From NCBI GenBank assembly GCA_963517015.1, contig CAUQDV010000003.1, positions 133,522-197,521 on the forward strand: DNA of 64,000 nt. Reading direction: 5' to 3'. This document shows, piece by piece, positions 61,765-64,000 of the stretch (positions are counted from its first letter, which is position 1; every line of letters starts with the position of its first letter). The position numbers and the translations under genes are program-made. A model generated the notes under the pieces. It did not search any database. It saw only the letters and a list, made by a program, of their open reading frames with translations, and had not been told where the DNA came from. Origin of the DNA: an uncultured Devosia sp. (GTDB taxonomy: Bacteria > Pseudomonadota > Alphaproteobacteria > Rhizobiales > Devosiaceae).

Positions 61765-61778
61765 TGCATACGTATGCA
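61765..61778. promoter_or_regulatory. LacI-type operator, copy 3 (perfect palindrome)
   Basis: TGCATACGTATGCA ~33 bp upstream of paralogue B. Confidence 0.85.
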
Positions 61779-61816
61779 AATTTGTAAATGCGGGCAGCAA
61801 AAACTGCCACTGTTCT

Positions 61817-63364
61817 TTAGTCTGTGAGGGCTGGCGGGCGCTGCACGCTGTGGTCAGTAGCCCGCTCGAAAGCGTGACCGATCTGCACGATCCCGGCCTC
61901 GTCATGATGCCTGCCGACTACTTGCATACCCATGGGCAAGCCGCCGTCGAACCCTATGGGTAGCGCCAGTACCGGATGGCCGCTGACATTGAAGCCAATG
62001 GTCCGCATCGGGGTCCACACCGCTTCCTTCTCGAAAGGCGCCGCCAGAGGGGCCGTCGTCAGGGCACCGATTGTCACGATGGCGTCGTGATGCTCCAGCA
62101 GGCGATTCACTTCGGTCTTGAATCTGGCACCCGCCTTGCGGGCCAGCGCCAACTCTTCATCGGTCACGGCGACACCGGCCGACAGGCTGAGGAAGGCGCG
62201 ACGGCCAAAGGCTTCGGGATGATCACGCAGCTCTGCCGCGTGATAGTCGAAGCTCTCCTTATGCAGGATCGTCGCTGCAGCCACCTCGATCTCGTAATAG
62301 TCCGGCAGGTCCACCTCATGGATTACCGCGCCGAGTTCCGAAAATGTCGAGACGGCAGCATCCATTGCTGCGAGAACTGCCGGCTGGGTCTGGCCATCCG
62401 TGGCAAACCAGTTGCGGGCATAGGCGATACGCTTGCCGGTGATCATCTGGCCGATATGGCATGCGCTGGCCCTGTCGCCCGCAAGACCGGCCAGCACATC
62501 CAGCGTCACCGCGGCTTCGGCCACGCAGGCGCTCATTGGTCCGACATGATCCATGCTCTGCGACATCGGTAGCACGCCACCGTTGGGCACGAGCCCGGAT
62601 GTGGGCTTGAGACCAACCACGCCGCAATAAAAGCTCGGTCCGCGCAGCGATCCGCCGGTATCGGTGCCAATTGTCGTCCGCAGCAGCCCGCCGGCAACAG
62701 CGGCAGAGCCGCCTGAAGACGAACCGCCGGTAATATGGTCGAGACTCCAGGGATTGCGGGCAGGCGGATAGAGCCCGCCTTTGTCTGGCCCCACCGTGCC
62801 CCACTCATAGGTTGCGAGCTTGCCGAGAAGGATGGCGCCGGCCTCCCGCAGCCGTGTCACCACTTCGGCGTCCGCCGCTGCAATCGCATCCCTGCGCCCG
62901 GGCGCATCGGCCGTGGTGGCAAGGCCTTCCATGTCGATCAGGTCCTTGACCCCGACCGGAATGCCATGCAGCGGACCACGATCTTGTCCCGTCGCTAATT
63001 CCGCATCGGCCTTTGCCGCCGTTGTCAGAGCGCGCTCAGCCTCGACGACATAAAAGGCGCGATAGCTTGAGTCTCGCTTGGCGATCCGCACGATATGGGC
63101 CTCCACAAGGGCGACCGAAGTAAGACTGCCATTGCGCAGCAGGCGACCCTGCTCGAAAAGGTCGAGATCCAGCGCATCCGCACCGGAAACCGCAACGGTC
63201 GATCCAAGCCGCGACAGGCCTTCGCTCATCCAGTTTGCGAGCTTGTAGGTACTTTCGGCCTCATCCGAGGTCAGGCGCAGGCCATGTCGCGCAACGCTAT
63301 CGGCAAAACCCTGCCGCTTCGCCGCGTCATGTTCATCTTTGGCCAATGTCGACACTCCGCTCAT
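61817..63364 (-). CDS. Amidase-signature family amidase
   Basis: GPLHGIPVGVKD, GGSSSGG, GTDTGGSLR (Ser-cisSer-Lys triad); short helical N-terminal extension. Confidence 0.92.
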   Translation of the reverse strand: MSGVSTLAKDEHDAAKRQGFADSVARHGLRLTSDEAESTYKLANWMSEGLSRLGSTVAVSGADALDLDLFEQGRLLRNGSLTSVALVEAHIVRIAKRDSSYRAFYVVEAERALTTAAKADAELATGQDRGPLHGIPVGVKDLIDMEGLATTADAPGRRDAIAAADAEVVTRLREAGAILLGKLATYEWGTVGPDKGGLYPPARNPWSLDHITGGSSSGGSAAVAGGLLRTTIGTDTGGSLRGPSFYCGVVGLKPTSGLVPNGGVLPMSQSMDHVGPMSACVAEAAVTLDVLAGLAGDRASACHIGQMITGKRIAYARNWFATDGQTQPAVLAAMDAAVSTFSELGAVIHEVDLPDYYEIEVAAATILHKESFDYHAAELRDHPEAFGRRAFLSLSAGVAVTDEELALARKAGARFKTEVNRLLEHHDAIVTIGALTTAPLAAPFEKEAVWTPMRTIGFNVSGHPVLALPIGFDGGLPMGMQVVGRHHDEAGIVQIGHAFERATDHSVQRPPALTD

Positions 63365-63365
63365 C

Positions 63366-64000
63366 TCAATCGCCCGTCACGATACGCTGGCCGGTAGAGC
63401 GGTCAAATAGGTGGCAGGCGACGGGCGCAATATTGGCCCGCACCACGTCGCCGATCTCGGCGCGATAATCCTTGCCCACCTTGATCGAGATCAGCTCGCC
63501 CGCCACGCGCTGCGAGATCATCGTCGCCTCGCCGAGCAGTTCCACCGAATAGATAGGTGCTTCGATATGGCCCTTGGTATCCGCCAGCACGGCATCCTCG
63601 GCGCGGAAGCCAAGCGTTACTGGACCCTTGACCGACTGCGGCAGGCCGTCGACCCGAATGCCGGCGCCCGAAAAGACGCCGTTCTGGATCTCGCCATGCA
63701 CCAGGTTCATCGCCGGCGAGCCGATAAAGCTGGCGACGAATGTATTGGCCGGACGGTCATAGATCTCCATCGGCGTGCCGACCTGCTGGATCAGCCCCTT
63801 GCTCATCACCACCACGCGGTCAGCCAGGGTCATTGCCTCGATCTGGTCATGCGTCACATAGATGGTGGTGCGCTTGAGCGTGTGATGGAGATTCTTGATC
63901 TGCGCCCGCGTCGAGACGCGCAGCTTGGCATCGAGATTGGACAGCGGCTCGTCCATCAGGAAGGCATTGGGCTCGCGCACGATGGCGCGGGCCAAGGCCA
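63366..64000 (-). CDS. ABC ATP-binding protein (MalK-like), 5' end outside window
   Basis: LMDEPLSNLDAKLR, YVTHDQIEAMTLAD. Confidence 0.93.
   Translation of the reverse strand, partial: ALARAIVREPNAFLMDEPLSNLDAKLRVSTRAQIKNLHHTLKRTTIYVTHDQIEAMTLADRVVVMSKGLIQQVGTPMEIYDRPANTFVASFIGSPAMNLVHGEIQNGVFSGAGIRVDGLPQSVKGPVTLGFRAEDAVLADTKGHIEAPIYSVELLGEATMISQRVAGELISIKVGKDYRAEIGDVVRANIAPVACHLFDRSTGQRIVTGD

Overview
High-GC alphaproteobacterial chromosome segment (Devosia/Rhizobiales-like gene content; organism is an inference). 1-14.7 kb is mostly core: polA, a CNNM/hemolysin-family transporter, dmeRF Co/Ni efflux, and a Ugp-like ABC cluster with two phosphoesterases. tRNA-Arg(CCG) at 14826-14902 is an integration hotspot, with displaced tRNA 3' halves at 34189-34236 and 44721-44765 marking two tandem elements. 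Element 1 (~19 kb) has a satellite-like core (tyrosine integrase with arm-site repeats, two AlpA/Xis-like HTH genes, Toprim primase, DUF927 helicase). It carries a second tyrosine recombinase, a Wzx/Wzy galactofuranose polysaccharide cassette and an AAA-ATPase/DUF6035 nuclease-like pair. Element 2 (~10.5 kb) is decayed: truncated rep-like and umuD genes, an IS1111-type IS110, and an array of small, mostly secreted ORFs punctuated by a degenerate tandem repeat. The IS sits inside one repeat copy, and its non-coding RNA region contains guide-like sequences matching that repeat. Next come an accessory tail with an orphan rplQ 3' fragment, two AraC/oxidoreductase pairs, and an uncharacterised catabolic regulon (53.2-64 kb) with two HisD paralogues, a hydrolase-SnoaL fusion, RraA-like, bicupin, SDR, amidase and ABC genes and three copies of a TGCATACGTATGCA LacI-type operator. 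All family calls are motif recognition by eye; no database searches were run.
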